Assembly: GCA_964187785.1 (NCBI GenBank)
Contig: OZ076409.1
Coordinates: forward strand, 53,322,001 to 53,386,000
Direction of reading: 5' to 3'
Length of the DNA stretch: 64,000 nucleotides
From: Amphiscolops sp. MND2022
Taxonomy: Eukaryota
Position numbers and translations under genes: made by a program. Position 1 is the first letter of the stretch. Each line of letters starts with the position of its first letter. This document shows positions 61,489 to 64,000 of this stretch, piece by piece. Below the pieces are notes generated by a model. It was not told where the DNA came from, ran no database searches, and worked only from the letters and a program-made list of their open reading frames with translations.

Positions 61489-62943
61489 TCCGAAACGTGT
61501 CATGTCCAAATGTTTTAGAAACTTTTGGGCAATTTTCTTACTGTATTTGCTACCCTTGAGTCCTAAAATATGTTGTTGCTAAACTAGTTCATAGTAGAAA
61601 ATATTCCGTTGCTCAGCAGGCATTTTGTGTGGGGAATATGCCTACAACCAAAATCACTGAAATGTACACATGACGATATTGAAGTATCATGGCCTCTGTG
61701 ATTGATACTTCACTGATTTCCGAAACAAATTGACTACTCGCGCTACTAGCGCGATTATTCAATTAATAATTCATGTATTGGTATCAAGATCACTGCCCCC
61801 TGGAGAAGAAAAACAAAATTACTTCTTGAAATATCTTTGGAGTGCGATTTTGAATTGATGAAGCAAATTATACAGCTTCAGCTGAAATGCGATGATCTTA
61901 TAGTTTGAAATTCTAACTTGCGATCATGTAATGACGGCATAACAAATTCATCTGTTCCGAAGTACCAAAAAGTTGGAGTACCACGGGACAAAATCAATTA
62001 TTCATTTAACTCATCGCATTAGCTGAAATTTTTAGAAACTGCACCAAGTGGTTCGCTGAAACAACTCAGTGCGTTTGGAGCCAGTACCCTTGTCGCCATT
62101 CATGACTCCATTGTAGTGGCTATGCAAAAAAAGTACTTGCTTGAATTTTATGTATCGGCGACGTTCAGAGATTTAGAGTTTGCCTGAATACGAATTACAG
62201 CGCATATACACTCACTAAGACAATTTAAAGTAAACAAGTTTAGATTCCTTGGAATGTCATAACTAAAACGAATAAAAAAGAATTTTTTCCCTTTATCGAC
62301 GCCTTTTGTACAAAAATTGAGCTTCTTACGAAAGATACCAGTGTGTTTTGTGTAATTTTTCTCAGAAAAACAAGTTTTATTCAACGAAGCAAGTGTTTCT
62401 GTTCAATCTATGTAACATGAATCAAAGGCGACGCTGTAATAATTTTCATACGATTTATGTTGAGGAAATCTTACGAAAACTTTTAACAAAATTCAAGAGC
62501 TAAAGACTTTAACTTATATAACTTGACAAACGTACCCAATCTACTCCAAAATATCTCTATTGATAGAAAGTAAAGATTGGTGCTACTTTAGTTGGTTTAT
62601 TTACTGGTGTATAACATTCAATATTGAATGTCCAAAGTACTAACAAACATAACCTCTTGGGTCGTGAATCCCTCAGACGACTTTATACATCGCAGTATTA
62701 CATTTCTTTCAGTGACATTTCCAGTTCAAGTGCCTTTCAGTAACTCCAGAACATGTGAAAACAAATGTTATTGCTTTCCCTCCGCATGTCTGTCATCTTT
62801 CTGATAAACACCAAGTTCGCAATTCTCACTATTTATACACGGTGCTTTTCTCTCAATTTCACAACTCCTGTTGTCAAATCAAGCTCTTACTAACAGACTT
62901 TTCGATAAATTTCTCTTGTTCCTCTAGCCTTGGTTAAAAGGGT

Positions 62944-64000
62944 GTTTTAAACCCTAAACTCTGCTTAGTCTTGGCTCGGAACAATACAACTGAAAACTTA
63001 AAAACTCCTAGAGAGATTAACTGATTGACTCTCTACAGTCGCCAAATAGCATAAACTGCTGAAGGACTGAAGTGGTTTTGTACCGGCGTTCAACAGGTTG
63101 TGCGCCCACAGTAACCAGTTCCAGATTTTGAAGGAAGTCCAAAATTTCCAAAAACGCGCAAAATAAATGGAGAGCAACAACAATCTCAAATGGTTTTGTT
63201 TCTCGGGCATGACCGATGACTACTCTATCTGGAGCACTAGGCCTCAAATGAAAGGCCTCTTCGAAACTCTCACTGGAGATAGGCCAACACCAACCCGTCA
63301 ACGAGCCTTTGCAATGATCCAACTGACAAGCAACGAGGTGCTCGCGAAGCCACAGAAGCAGACTACAGGCGGGCGCTCGCGAACATCGAGGAACGCAAGA
63401 ACACCTTCAGGTGCTACCTTGAAATGATTCTCGATACAACCAGCCTGATGTTGATCATGCACGACTGTGTTGACAACAAAGGACTTGGTAATGATCACGA
63501 GGCATGGGGCTTCTGCAAGAGAGGTTCCGATGCAACGAAACGGTGGCTGTTGTCAGTGTTGTAATGAGACACCTGGCCCGCCCAACACTGAACGATAATG
63601 AAGTACTACCCCACTACTTCATCCGGGCCCAAGAGTTGTCAACACGCCTCGGACAAGCTGGGAAACACCAGTCAGAGCTACTACTCAACGCACGCGATGG
63701 TTCTCAACGGCCTGTCTGAACGCTATGAACATTTCGTGGTGCAGAAAAGGTTCGATCCTGCTGGCAGTTTTGTGGAGCTGAGGACAAGGCTCACCAATTA
63801 TGAGGAAAGTCGCCAACAGCGGGAGAAGGTAGTTGACGATGGTTCACACGTGGCAATGATATCCAAGAAAACCAAGCCCAACCCCAAGTCCTCAGGAAAA
63901 CATAACTCCGTGCAAAAGTCGATCTCAGGACAGTCATGCTATTGCTATGGCATGAAAGGACAGTTAACGACAGATTGTCATCATAAGGACAAGATTGAGT
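62944..64000 (+). mobile_element. 5' part of a degenerate Ty1/Copia element (LTR end, PBS, gag)
   Basis: TTCAACA followed by GGTTGTGCGCCCA at 63096, close to the copia GGTTATGGGCCCA PBS. gag remnants DDYSIWS, LQERF, YFIRAQEL, VLNGL..YEHF and a degenerate CxxCxxxGHxxxxC near 63940. LTR start is approximate. Confidence 0.8.

Overview
AT-rich, intron-containing eukaryotic DNA, probably from an invertebrate animal. The repeat families resemble those I associate with acoel worms, but that is an unverified impression. Most of the window is transposable-element derived. Two host genes are supported, both on the + strand: a 2-exon, ~240-aa four-transmembrane clarin/claudin-superfamily-like gene (17406-21073), and the first three coding exons of a GABA-A/glycine-type Cys-loop ligand-gated ion channel (45690-60591, running off the window, with a 13.5-kb TE-filled first intron). 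The dominant feature is a ~17.5-kb degenerate Ty3/Gypsy-type retroelement on the - strand (~24290-41846). It has a very long gag with a CCHC knuckle and an RS-rich tail, then PR-RT-RNaseH-IN, a Ser/Pro-rich extension, an envelope gene with motifs of chuvirus-type class III fusion glycoproteins, and ~3.5 kb of extra downstream ORFs carrying splice signals. This layout resembles a complex endogenous retrovirus. Also present: two Tc1/mariner relics with TIRs, a hAT relic with a perfect 8-bp TSD, many Helentron/DINE-1-like non-autonomous elements (some self-nested, one carrying a 172-bp tandem array), MITEs and near-perfect palindromes, a truncated Gypsy, a LINE 3' end, and the 5' end of a Copia element. 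No CRISPR, rRNA or tRNA genes were seen. All family assignments come from motif recognition by eye and have not been checked by database search.
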